A stretch of DNA of 64,000 bases, from contig NGBS01000875.1 in assembly GCA_002245135.1 (NCBI GenBank), positions 1 through 64,000 of the forward strand. Reading direction: 5' to 3'. The notes under the pieces are model-generated. The model worked only from the letters and a program-made list of their open reading frames with translations, made no database searches and was not told the origin of the DNA. Origin of the DNA: Proteromonas lacertae (lineage: Eukaryota). Below, one piece after another: positions 1 to 15,900 of the stretch (within the stretch, counting starts at the first letter, position 1; each line of letters opens with the position of its first letter). The position numbers were made by a program, and so were the translations under genes.

Positions 1-1182
1 AAGAGTTTTTGCAAAGTTTACAAAGAATATAACGTTATTTGGTATAATATATATCAAAATTGATATTGTATAGGTTATATTTATCAAAATACAGAATAAT
101 CATGTTGTGTATAAAATTAAGTAGAGTATATCCTATATAATCTTTTAATGTTACATAGAAAGATGAATGTTTAGTATACTTGAGAGAATTGATCAATGAT
201 TACACGAGAATGTTCTATAGAAGTGAATTTGAAGATAAATTAGTTGAAATACTGAGATTATTATCATCAATTCATAGAGCTGAAACTATAAGAAATGATT
301 TTATGTTACTGGAAGATGTATTAGAGAAAATTAGTTTTGATTTTGTATAAATATATATATATATATATATATTATAGAGTGTTCCTTGGTCATTATATAT
401 CTCAATGATAGACTATTATATCTCAAATAATGATAGTGATTCAATATACAGAATACGCACAAAGATGAATGGATTATTTGAAACTAGAAAAGATGAATTG
501 AATTCCAAAACAAAGATGATGATAATCAATACATACATAAGAATATTAGAGTTAATAGGTTATTCCAAAGATGGAATATTATTGTACAAGCGATATATTA
601 ATGATATTTATTTACTTGATGATGTCAGTAAATCTGAAGTTTGCCATAATATAGGTAAATGTTATTTGGATATTGTATATATATACTATAATTGTTATAT
701 ATAAATAGAAGAGATATGATAAGAGTATTTTGTTGTTTAAATATTGTTGTGATATTTGTAAGAGGATTGATAGAAAGAATTATAAGATCAATTACTTTTT
801 AAAGAATTATTGTGAATATAGAAATGGCAATTTGTTAAGTGATGAGAAAGAAGGAAATAATGATAATGACAATATAGATAAGATGTTTTACTATCATAAG
901 ATGAATGATGTAATCGAATTTAATAAAATATATTACAAAATATATGATGAATTTAGTGATAAAAATTATGTAATTGTATTATTGAAAGAGTTATTGAATG
1001 AAATATTGACAAAATATGTTGTGATTGAATGTATAGTTCAACATACAGTTGATTTGAATGAATATTCATCATCACTTTGTTGTAGATTGGATGATTTAAA
1101 GAAGTGTATAAGGATTTCGATAGTGAAAGATATAATAGATGGAGGTATTGATGATCTTCATAATTTATATGAGAAATTTTAA
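1..1182 (+). CDS. Hypothetical helical-repeat (TPR-like) protein, 5' end outside window, multi-exon
   Basis: Open segments joined by short GT-AG introns (near 42-72, 345-378, 675-708). Helical pattern 'EVCHNIGKCYLDI'. Stop at 1180-1182. Confidence 0.45.
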
Positions 1183-1310
1183 TGATTTAGATTTTTTGAT
1201 GTTATTATTATTATTCTATTGTTTGTTTTTTGATTTTGTTAGAGAAAATAAAAAGAAAAGAAAAGAAAATAAATATAAATAATGTGAATAAATAATTTCA
1301 ATCTAAATAT

Positions 1311-3711
<2,401 letters not shown>

Positions 3712-3825
3712 GCTATAGAAGAATAACCTTTTTTTAATTCTATGGTGTATGAAAAATAAATAACCAAAAAATGTTTCATTTTTGTTTTATTGTTTTTTGA
3801 GAGTATTAATTTGAAATTTATCACG

Positions 3826-5084
3826 ATGTTAGCTTTTCATGCATCTTATAACATAGAAAATGCAAATAGAGTATTAATGTAGTATATTTTCACATTTTTT
3901 AGATCATTTGTAATGCGTTGAAAGAACGTGGAATGAGACAATCTTTATCCAAAGATCCATCATGCATATTTCAATGGGCGATAAATACAAAGATTAATTT
4001 CAATAAGTGTTTAGAAAGTATATAACATGAAGTTAAAAAGTCTAAACATATATAGATAAATTAATCATATCATCTCTTATTCGTCATACTGCATTATCTG
4101 AGAAATCAAGGTTTTTTAATTACTTTATTGGGAAAGAAACTAATTACATTATCGATACAATGTCATTTACAAAGAAAGAAGATATGTCAAACACATTTGA
4201 GTATTGGTGAATTAATTCATACAAATGTATAGAAAATTAGATGAGTTTTTAAAAGAAACAAGTATTGTATTTTGAAAGAATCTACAACAAACAATGCTCT
4301 TGGAATTCATATTGTTTCCAATGTTGATGAAGTATTACAGATACTAGAATCCAATCCAGAAATAACAGATTTTGTAATTCAAAAGTATATAGACAATCCA
4401 TTATTATTGAATGGATTAAAATTCCATATTAGAGTTAATGTTTTAGTATTTGGATGTATATTAATGTATAAATATTATTGAATCAAATATATAGATATGT
4501 TCATGATAATATTTGTTGTCATGTTTCTACAGAAAAATTCAAATTGGATGATTTTGATAATTCATTCATTCATATTACAAATTATAGAATCAATAAAACA
4601 AATCCAAAATTTGATAAGAATATTCATTTGTTAGGATATGAAGAGTTGTGTAAAATGTTAGGCAATGAAAAAATGGCTATGAATATTGGTATAATAGTTT
4701 ATTTAAAAGAATATGTGATATAATTAAAGAAGTAATGGTTGAAATAATGAAAGATAAAAAACATTTCTTTACCATTCCTAATTCATTTGAAATATTTGGT
4801 TTTGATATAATTTTAGATGATAATGAAAATATATATGTATTGGAAGTGAATAATGGACCATGCTTAGAATCTGAATGTGATGAGAATGTATAATATCTAT
4901 TTCTTTATTCAATTAGATATGTAAATGTGTTGTGGAAGATACACTTCGTATTGTTTTAGATCCAATTTTAAAGAAAGAAACAACTGATAATCATTTTCAT
5001 TTAATATACAGTAGTGAACCTTCTATTACATACTCAGATGATTTTCTAAATTATGTAGATGAAGTGAGTAAAGAAGAATTATAA
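3826..5084 (+). CDS. Tubulin-tyrosine ligase family (TTL/TTLL) ATP-grasp protein
   Basis: 'VIQKYIDNPLLLNGLKFHIRVNVLV', 'HITNY', 'FEIFGFDIILDDNENIYVLEVNNGP'. Several introns and one -1 indel near 4670. Confidence 0.85.
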
Positions 5085-5112
5085 AATCATAAAACATAAA
5101 TAGATAAATACA

Positions 5113-5629
5113 CTAACTAGAATGTAATGAAGTAAGCTTCATCTTCCCAATTCTGAATCTACAGCCGTTAATTGTAAAAAGTGAAACTAACAATAAAATT
5201 AAACACATAGTCTATTTATATATACACTTGTTATAATAATAATACCATAAATATGAAAAAATGAGCTACTGATTGAGTATCACAACTGGCTATATATACC
5301 TAAATATAATGAGTTTTATTTAATACTGATTGTTCATTTGTTTGTGTGATGCAATTCCAAGCACCTTTATATTCACTAATTTTGCAATATGGTTTTAATT
5401 CACTCTAATGTTTAATAAGAATATGAAGATACTATTTCTTGTTTTGTACATCTTTGAAAATACCTTAAAATAGTACAATTAGCATCTTCTGGAATTCTTG
5501 TTCTAATATTTATATTAAAACGTAATTATACACTTCAAATACTTGCTTAGTAGGAAATATAGGATTATTACTCACGAAATCAGAGTCTGCAATGACATAT
5601 GACAAGAAAATGACAAAAAATGAAATCAT
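5113..5629 (-). CDS. Small hypothetical secreted or membrane protein
   Basis: Signal-like start 'MISFFVIFLSYVIADS', short introns, hydrophobic C-terminal segment. No family recognised. Confidence 0.4.
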
Positions 5630-5720
5630 TTCAATAATTTTAGCCGTTTCATTTTTATTTTCTTCCAAAACACAACAATATAATATAATATGAATGATAT
5701 TATCAATTAAATTGCTATAT

Positions 5721-6765
5721 TTATACGAAAAATCCAACAATTGTCATAAGTAAAGCTCCTAAGACCAAACTTGTTAATTTGTATAAATTTCCAAACTTTT
5801 CAATATTAGCAACTGTTTTATTTGTTTCACCTTCATTATGATGTTCATGTGCATGTTCATGATGGTGAGATTCTTCAAATTCTGGAATTAATATTTCAAT
5901 TATTGATAAGTAGAGGAATGTACCTGCAGCAATACCTTGGAAAATCATTTCCACCCATTTTGAAGTAGATCCTTCTGTAATTGATTGTACAAAATAACCA
6001 ATATAACAACAAATTGGACCTATAAAGCAAAAGATTAACAATCCTGCTATTGCCTTCTTCAATGGGATTGTTGCTACTCTGCAGGAACTGCCAAGAGCAA
6101 AGGATTCAAATATTCTATGTGCAAATATAGCTATTGATATTGATAATTGAGTATCCTAAATGAATAAAGATTATATAAATTAATTATAATATACTTCATC
6201 CTTTGCTGCTCCTAATGAAAAATTTTCTAACATTGAATGAATTGATAAAATTATTGCTAATAATATTGGAACACTGCCATTTACAACAATACTATGATGA
6301 TCTTCATGACTGTGTTCATGAGCTACTGCTTCAGTTACTTCACCACCACCATTCTCTACTGATTGAATTAATGATTCATTAAGATTATCTTTAGGTTTGG
6401 AATATGAACGTCTGAAATAATCAACAATTCCAGAGTATTCAACGATTGTCAAAAACAATAATCCTGAAATAATGCATACCTGTGGCCATGGTGATTCTAC
6501 GCCCAATTCTTCAGCTATTTCCATTTCTAATGAAATAATAATCTCAATAAATACGTTCTGGAATCATATGAATAATTCCAGCTGAAGCTAAAATACCAGC
6601 TGAAAACACATTACCAATAGACAACAAAAAATTCTACAATTAAAACAAAAATTATACTTGGACCTTCGATGACTTTCCCATTGGAGCTATCCAATATGGC
6701 AATAAAACACCAAGGATTCCCAGTAGCAATAAGCCAGGAGCAATTATAGTAATAACGTATTGCAT
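5721..6765 (-). CDS. ZIP (SLC39) zinc/iron transporter
   Basis: 'GNVFSAGILASAGIIHMIPE', His-rich loops (HEHSHEDHH, HHHEHAHEHH), 'ILSIHSMLENFSLG', 'QGIAAGTFLYLSIIEILIPE'. Start approximate. Confidence 0.9.
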
Positions 6766-6911
6766 TTAAAACACAAATAAAAAAGCTTGAAGGTTTGATA
6801 TTCAATCTTTTCATATTATAAACTATTCATAGAAATTTATAAAAAAAGTTTTAAAAAGTTCAACAAAAAACAGTTTAATTGAATAGTAATAATAATAAGA
6901 ATAAGAAAGAT

Positions 6912-9900
6912 TTATGAAATTCCTATATACTGTTTATATTGAACAGATATTACTTTCTTAAGCAGAGGTGTAAATGTCCCAGATTTGAAATCAGTAATAT
7001 CATGTGGATACACTTTAGAATAATATTGATTCAATCTTTTCATAGTGTTTAATATATGATCCGTATTAACTGGCATGAAATGCACATCAGCATCTAACTC
7101 TTTCAATTTCATAGAAATTCTTTTCCACACTTGATTCCAAGTCTCTTTTGTATGTGGATGAATAGTTGGATAATCATCTCCAACTCCATCACCATGATTT
7201 GGTTCATCTCCAATGATAATTATTAAATGTTTATAGTCTTTTATATTATCTAAATGTTTTATAGCCGTTTCTACACCACCTGATACATCTTCACAATAAT
7301 CATTACCACCATCTGCTACTACTGTTGATAATAATTTCTTTATTTTGAAATAACTAGGTTGTAAATAACTCTCATAATATCTTATCTTATCTCTAAAATC
7401 TTTATAACCAACAAATTGAAGTAATATATTCGATTTTGAATCTACATGACTTTCTTTTTTGATTCTTTCTACTTCATTGAATATATTTCCTATTTCTGAT
7501 TTTGTTGCATCGACATAAGGTTTCATTGTTCCTGTACAATCCATAATAACAGTCAAACAGAAATTGATTGGTTTTGAATGTACTGTATTATCTACTGGTA
7601 AGATTTTTTTATCTATTTTGTTTATGTCAGGTTTAAATTTCATTGCTATTGTCTTTGGCACTTCACCATTGAAATTATTACATGAAAAATATGTATCAAT
7701 ATTCAATAACCAAATAACAGCATTAGAAATCCATCTACTTGTTCCATCACTTGTGAATTCCAAGAATAGTTTTGAAGAAGCAGTATCTATCACTATTTTA
7801 CCTTTACTTCCTTCTCTTTCTTTTAACATTATTGCTGAATGTCCTTCATTTTCTCTAGCAAATACAACAAATCCATTTTTCTCTAAATCTTTTTCATTCA
7901 AACAAGCCAATGTTTTTCCTTCATATATATACTTCAATCCTGTATCTATTCTTATACTATCAATGTTATATTCAAACATATCTTGACCTACTGTTCTGAA
8001 TTTTCCTGGAAGTACATTCTCATCTCTTTCCATTCTTTTACCACCTTTTATATTCTCATTTCTTGTTAATTCATTTATATTAAATACTTTCTTGAAGAAT
8101 AGATTAGCTTCATACGAAAAAGGATGATTTTCTAACATCCAGAATATTCCACCTCCATTTTCATGATATTCCTTCAAACAATCAATAAACTGAGTAATAT
8201 ATCCAAACTCTTTATGCTTTGCTTTATTTGAAACACCACCTCCATCACTACAACTGATTACAACTGCTCTATATTTTCCTGATGCTATTTCAACAGTTGC
8301 ACTATAATAATCATAAACAATATTAATGTTAAAACCTTTTGATTGTAATTTCTTTATTGGACTATCTCCATTATTAATACCTCTTCGTAATACATCATCT
8401 GTTATATATTCATCAATCAATCTACCATCTACATCTCTTTGATTTCTACATAAATACAATATAACAAACAATATGTTAAATTCAGTAAAAGCTCCATCTT
8501 TACCTAAATCATAATCTGAACTTGTACATTCTGCTGTTAATTTCATTATGTTCTCATCTTTGGTCTGAAGAGTATTAACAAATAACGCTCTATATTCAAA
8601 TGCAGAATATATATCACTCAAACGTTTCACAAACTTTGGATCAATTATTTCTATACCATCTTTCACTAGATTCTGATTAGCATTTGAAAAAGAAAGAGAA
8701 GATTTACTATAATAATGTGGTGTTTCATTATTCACAGATGCTATAGATTTGTAAAGATTATCAGGATTAGATGACCAAATAAATGAAGGAAATATATTTG
8801 CTACATCTCCAATTGAATAACCAACACCAACACCAATTGTCTTACAATCACTCGAATATATCAATTGTTTAATATCATTTCTTGTATCTTCCATTGTCAG
8901 ATAATTAGTCAAAACAAACATTATTGGAGTAAAAGGTCTAGCAATACAAGTTGACATAGCAGTCTGCATTGTTTCAAATAACACTGTACTTTGAATATTA
9001 CCTGTGTTTACTAAGTCAATTAGTGTATTAAATGCAGATGCAATTCCTGAACTCCAAGCATCACTAGAAATCATCCCAGCTCCAATTTTGTTGATTTTGT
9101 CTGTAGCTATCCAAATATCTATTGCTGGAACATTCAATTCACAAACACCTTTCAATAATGTGAAGAATGTTAATAATGTATGAGATATATTAATTGGACT
9201 TAATGTAATTGTTGAAGCATCTATTACTATTGACACAGTATAAGATCTTACTTTATTGCCAGTTTTCTTTTTGAATATTTTACCATCTCCTGATTTTGTT
9301 AATAAGAATTTGATAAAGTTCTGAAAATGAATTGATGTTCCAGATATACTAGGAACCCATGTAGTTGGTTTGTTTGGTAAAATTACACTGGCATTTAATG
9401 AATTAAACAATATACCAGACTTTATCTTCTCATTTATATACCTATATATTGATGAAGATCCTCCTCTTATTATATATTCTAAATCTGCATCATTAACCAT
9501 TGGTAGTGGAACATTACCACTAATATTTTGTGTATTATCTATAATTACAGTGTAATTGTCATCTTTTATATCTGGAATATCAATATTTCCAAAAGATTCT
9601 TTAATACTAGCATTTGGAAAATACATTTGTCCATCTGATCTTATCCTCTTTCTAAATGATTTTGAGTAAAACAATGGATATATACTCTTCATATCACTTG
9701 TTCTAGTAAAATCTTCAAGGCAACTAATAACCATTCGATGATCCTTAGGGAAATTATATTCCAGTTTAGAATTCATTATCTTCAGATTGTTTTTTGATAT
9801 ATTTTCATCCTTTCTATTTGTGACAATGTGAAATAGGAATATTGAAGGAAGTATTTCTTTTATATATTGATGTACTTCATTACATTCAGACATTAATTGT

Positions 9901-12900
9901 TCAGAATAACAATCACTTATTATAAAATAGGAACTATTTCTATCTTCTGAACATTTCACTGTGTTACTATAAGCAAATATATCTAATGGAGTAGAAGGCA
10001 TCTTTTCAATTGATTCTAAATCAAATATTTCACTCATCTTTTCAATCAATGTATCATCATCATTTGAGATTTGAATTGCTTGTCCATGTGATAATGTTGC
10101 GATTATTCTTGTTCTAATGTGAAACTCTTCACAGATTACTAATAATAAACATGCTGTTAATGATCTCAATCTAGCTTTATACTTCTTATGAGTGAATGAA
10201 GTATCGATTACTACAGTAACAAGTTTCACATATTCATTACATCTATTATCACTATTTCTAATACCACAACATATATCATATGAATAATTCATTAAAATCT
10301 TTCTAATCTCTTGAATCTTCATATCATCATCGTTTGAAGAATGGTATTTTCCCATCTTTTCCATATCTTTTTTATTCTTCAATGACACAATGGCACAAGC
10401 TTCATTATCATTGATTCTTGTCAATATTCCTTCAAAATATATGTCAAGTGGATATTCTTTAAAGTTCTGTAATACATCTCTTACATTTGCAGATCTTATT
10501 TCATTTCTAGTCATATTAATTCTATTCTGTATTTCCTTTGTTTTTATCTCAGAATTCTCAGGAATTACTTTCTTATGTTTCAGTGAAACTACAGTTATTG
10601 GATCAACATATAAATTAGCAATTCTGTTTAATTCTGGATCTCTGATGTTCTTATATAGTTTTATTCCTTTAGTACCAAATACTTTCTTATTCGATACTTC
10701 AATAGTCTGCAAATTTGAAACATGAGATGCTTGCTGAACAAATTGTGGAACTAATTTTGTATCATCTTCAGCAAATTGATATCTTCTTTCCCATTTCAAA
10801 TCAGTAAACTCAGATTTAAGATATTCTATATTTTTTTCAACAATATCATAGATGGAAGCGAAATATTTATCTCTATTATCTTCCATATATTTTAACACTG
10901 AGAATATGTAGTTATTATCTGATTCTTCTTTTTTGTCATTCTTGTTAGATAATCCAATTAAAAATATATCATGCAAACAACTAATATAAGATGTTAATGA
11001 TTTAGATTGTAATTGTTCTATCCTCTTTTTAGTACTAAATACACTATTCGGTATATTAGTAATTACGTTTTGAACTTTATTATCATTCTCACTATTAATC
11101 ACCCAAGAGTGTCTTTTAATTAAGAATTCAGTAGATTCTTTTACTCTATCCACTGGATGTGGATTATATATTATACTATATCCATTCTTAATAATAAGCG
11201 GGTTTTTATCATCAAAATGATGAGTTAATTTTATAATATCATCTTCAGTATAATGAACAACAATGATATCTTTTGGATGATATTTTTCTTCTTGATAATA
11301 CAATACCTTTGGATTGTCATTAGATATATAACATGGATAGTTTATGAAATACAAATCATCATAGTCAGATATCTTTGTCAGGAATTTTATTGTCTTTTCT
11401 GTTGATCCAACCACAATTTTTGTATTGTATTTAAACTCACCTTCATCTAATGTGTTAAATCTAATTTCCAACTTGTCACACGAAACAGAAACTTTACAGT
11501 TAGTTTCTTTTATAATGATAGATGAATTAGTTGGATTTAATATTGGTATTGTAATCACAGGTTCAAAACGAGATTTAATTAAAGGAGGAAGAATAAATGT
11601 ATCGTTTTTTGGTAATAATATTTCATATCCTTTAATATCAGTTATTAATATTACATTTGATAATTTAATATGGTTATGATTATCTTCGCTATTGTCGTTA
11701 TCATCAATATCAATCTTGGGTGGAGGGAATATCTTGTCCAGAATAACTAATTGGTGAATCTGGCATTTTCTTTCTTTCTTCTTTAGTCTCTATTTTCAGT
11801 TTTTCTATCTCATCAATTCTTTTGTTGTTTTCTTCTATTCTTTTGTATAATTCATTTATCTTATCTACATAATCTTTACATGAAATATCCATTGAATAGT
11901 ATTTATCATTATTATCCTTTGCATAATAATTCAATTGAACTTTCTCCGACTGTAAATACTGATAAAATGTATTGATAGATTCAGGTGTTATATCATCAAT
12001 ATAGGATGGCTTAATTGGGTCTATTGATAAATACATAACTCTATTCTCCTTGTAATCTTTAATAGGAAATGGAGAAAAATGTTCATTTTTAGATTGAGAG
12101 TTTATAAACATAGGATATTTATTGGATGAAGCTATCATTGATGGAATATAACTATCAGCATTTTGAAAATAATTATCAAGCTTTTCATATTGATTTATAT
12201 TCTTTTCATCAATTTTAAAGTTTACATTATTCTTATGACAATTTTCAATCATTTTACTCATCAATATCATTGAAAATTTATCTTCATCTTCACTAATCTT
12301 CAATGGATAATATTTATATGAAACTTTCACATGAGATATTGGTATTACTTCAACATCCAAATTAGATAATGGAAGAACAAATGGTAATAAATACTTCTCT
12401 TCATTTTCATTTATTCTAATAGATTTACATGTTATTTCAGAATCTAATGATAAAACAGTTGAATCAGGAGAATTTATTTTCAATTTAAAACTAACCTCTT
12501 CAGTAAGAGATCTTAAAAATGCTATTTTAAAACCAGGATATACTGGTTTATCCAATAATCTTTTATCCTTATACTTTATTACATCATCAGGATATTTACT
12601 CTTTTTACTGTTTATATAATTATTTATCGATTTATGATATATTAAAGTCAGAATCCATTTCATCACATCAATTTGTCTTTGTGTTTCTTTATTTGTTACT
12701 ATTTTATTCTTTTGCTCTTTAATTATACTTTTCACTTTTTTGTTTAACTCCTTCACAGTTTCTTCTCTTTCTTTTGTTAGTTTTTCATTCTGTTTCTTTA
12801 TATCGCAATCTTCTTTATCTAAATCATCATACTTCTTGTTTATTTCATAATATAATTTATCATATTTACTTTCGAAATAACTATCAATACTTGGAACAAT

Positions 12901-15900
12901 TTCATCAATAGTTTCAATACTATTAAACTCATTCATCAGATAATCCTTTAAATCATCTTGTGAAAGTAATTCCAATATAACAGAAGTTACAGGAGTTTCA
13001 TACTTTGGAGAAAGAAGAATGAGTTTATCATTCAAATGTAACTTTGATTTGAATATACTATCATACACATCATACATTTCTTTATCTCTCACTCTCGAAT
13101 CATAAGTAATCATATCATATTCATACTGTAAATCACTTGGTTGAATTAATGAACCAGGATTACTATTTGCAGTAAAATGATATGGTTTTAATGATCTTAA
13201 ATAATCCAACTTCCATACCATACTTATATCGTCATGTTTATCTTCAGATGATGCTATTTCTATCACTTTCTTTGAGAGAAAATCAATCTTTATGGAATTA
13301 TACTTCTCATAATCACATAAAGAGTATAAATCTTTCAATAACAAATCAGGCTTTAATACATAGTTTCCACAAAAACCATTTGCATACAGTTCATTTAATG
13401 AATTATCTAAAGTACTTTTATCAATAAATTTATGGATATAAAGTGGATAATATCTTATTGTTTCTATTACTTTTACTGGTAGATAAACTGAATTGGCTAT
13501 TTTGTTCATAATAGAGTTTATATAACATATAAAAGAGTTCTTATTCTCTTCAAATTTATACATATTCTCAATCAATGGTTTTGACTTTATCATTATCCTT
13601 TCAAACACTGATAAGTATCTAATAATCAATGATGGAATTATAGCTTTATCAAATGTTGTGACGAAATATACAATATGACTTAATTGGATATATAAACGAG
13701 TATTATTATCTTCAATATTCTCATATTTTATCTTCAATGTTGGTAATTTTTCATATTTTTTAATTGTATCAAGTAACTCAGATTTAATTCCTGTACCTTT
13801 AAAGCATTCTTCAAATTTACTGAATAACTCAGGATCTTTTTCTTTAAGGATATCTTGTGCTTCTTTTTCATTCATCTTTTCATCATCCATATTTCTATTA
13901 CTACTTATATCCTTCGATAATAATTTACTTGCTTCATTAAAGAAATTACCAAACTCATTTATTTTTTCATTGATTTGTTTGTATCTATAATAACCAAATG
14001 TAAGATTCTGATTCTGCAACTGTTGATTAAACGAAACTAAAGAGCTGTAATTTGCATCATTGATCATTGATGTACCTTCTTTTATATATTTGTCTATCTC
14101 TTCAACTACACGAAACATTGTAGCAAACATTCCTCGTATATCCACTTGTTTCAATACTAATTCTTTCATTTCATGGAATATTTTATCAATTGTTGGTTTA
14201 TAATAACCAAATGGATGTATCTGACATAACAAATCTTCCCTTCCTATGATATAATGTAATATAATTGTTTTTGCTGTATCTAAATAGAAATATTTATTCA
14301 GCTTCTTTGCAGGATTTTCATCTATCAAGGGAGAAATATGTAATTTTCTACATTCAACTGTTGCTGTAACTTTGAATTTCTTAAACAACAACCATCTTTC
14401 AAAATCAGCATAAGTCTCATAGATTGGATTTAATATAGTTGAATTATCATTCAAATGCTTATCTAATGTTTTTATAATCAAATTAATTGGATAACATAAC
14501 ATATATGAAACATTCTTATTCAACCAATTTCTTAATTGTTGCTTATTCCTTTCAGTGAAATATAATATTGATTCATTAATCACTTTTTCAATCAATTCAA
14601 CCAAATCATCTCCTTTGTATAAAGATTTCATTTTTTCTATAAATATTTCTGCATTTGTCTTTTCTATTTCCAAATCAACTATTAATTTATTACCTCCAAC
14701 CCTACTACAGCCATACTCATCTTTATAATTCTGCTCATTTGGATTACTCAAGTATCTAATTGCTTTTCTAAAATCAACACTACTCTTTTCACCAAAATAT
14801 TGAGTTTCATTTGGTTTTTCCTTGATAATACACAACTCTTGGCAAGATTCGATTGTTGATAATGTTTTAGAATACAAAACAATACATCTACTTAATAATG
14901 GAGCAGGAATTACAGATATGTTTTCGGTTGTAAACAAGAAGAATATTCTGAAATCAGGATGTATTCTATACTTTTCATTATCAGAATCACATGAATATGT
15001 TATTTTCTCTCCACTTTCAGTTAATGTTAACTCAGGTTTTTCTTCACATAATGAGTTCAGTCTTTCTAATATATCACTACTAGCTGTATTTACATCTTCT
15101 ATCATCACCCAAGCACCTTCCATTATAGCTGATAAAAGTGGACCATTTCTAAATACTAATTCTCCTTTACTATTCTTTTCTTCAGAATCAATTTTCAATT
15201 CATAATGTCCAATCAACATATCGCTTGTACTTTCTGAATTTAGTGGAACTGGAACTAATACTTTTTTATACAACTCAGCTAACTTTCTTACTGTATAACT
15301 TTTACCAGATGGTGATGGACCATACACTATTATTCCTCTTTTACTTTCATATGATAATGCTATTTTGTACGCTAAATTCAATTCTGATGTAGTGAAGCAA
15401 TTACGATCAAATGCTAGATTGTTAGATGGAACAACTACACTCCAAGGTCCATTAAATATAATTCTATCATCAACATTACTTAATTTGATTTTTGTGTTAG
15501 AATTTACTCTCAAAATGGTGTTTATACTATCCATATCAGATATGTTGAACTTACATCCAAACACAATCCATAATGCACTTCTTATATCAGATTTAAAGAA
15601 TTGAGAACTTTCCCAAATTGACAAACTTTTGATTGGTTCTCTTAATGAATAATTTGTTCCAGTTTTCTTTCCAAGTTCTAATGAGAATTCAAAGAGATTA
15701 TTAACCAATTTTTCAAATGCAGATCTTTCATCATCTGATGCATTTTCTTGAGTTTCTAGCAACATTCTCTTTCCAATGAATAATAACTCAAACAATTTGT
15801 ATGTAATATCATTGAAATACAAACAATAATTGATTATATTCTTCGATAATGATGTTCTACTTCCTGTCATTGATGCTGGATTTAATGTAGAAATAATATA

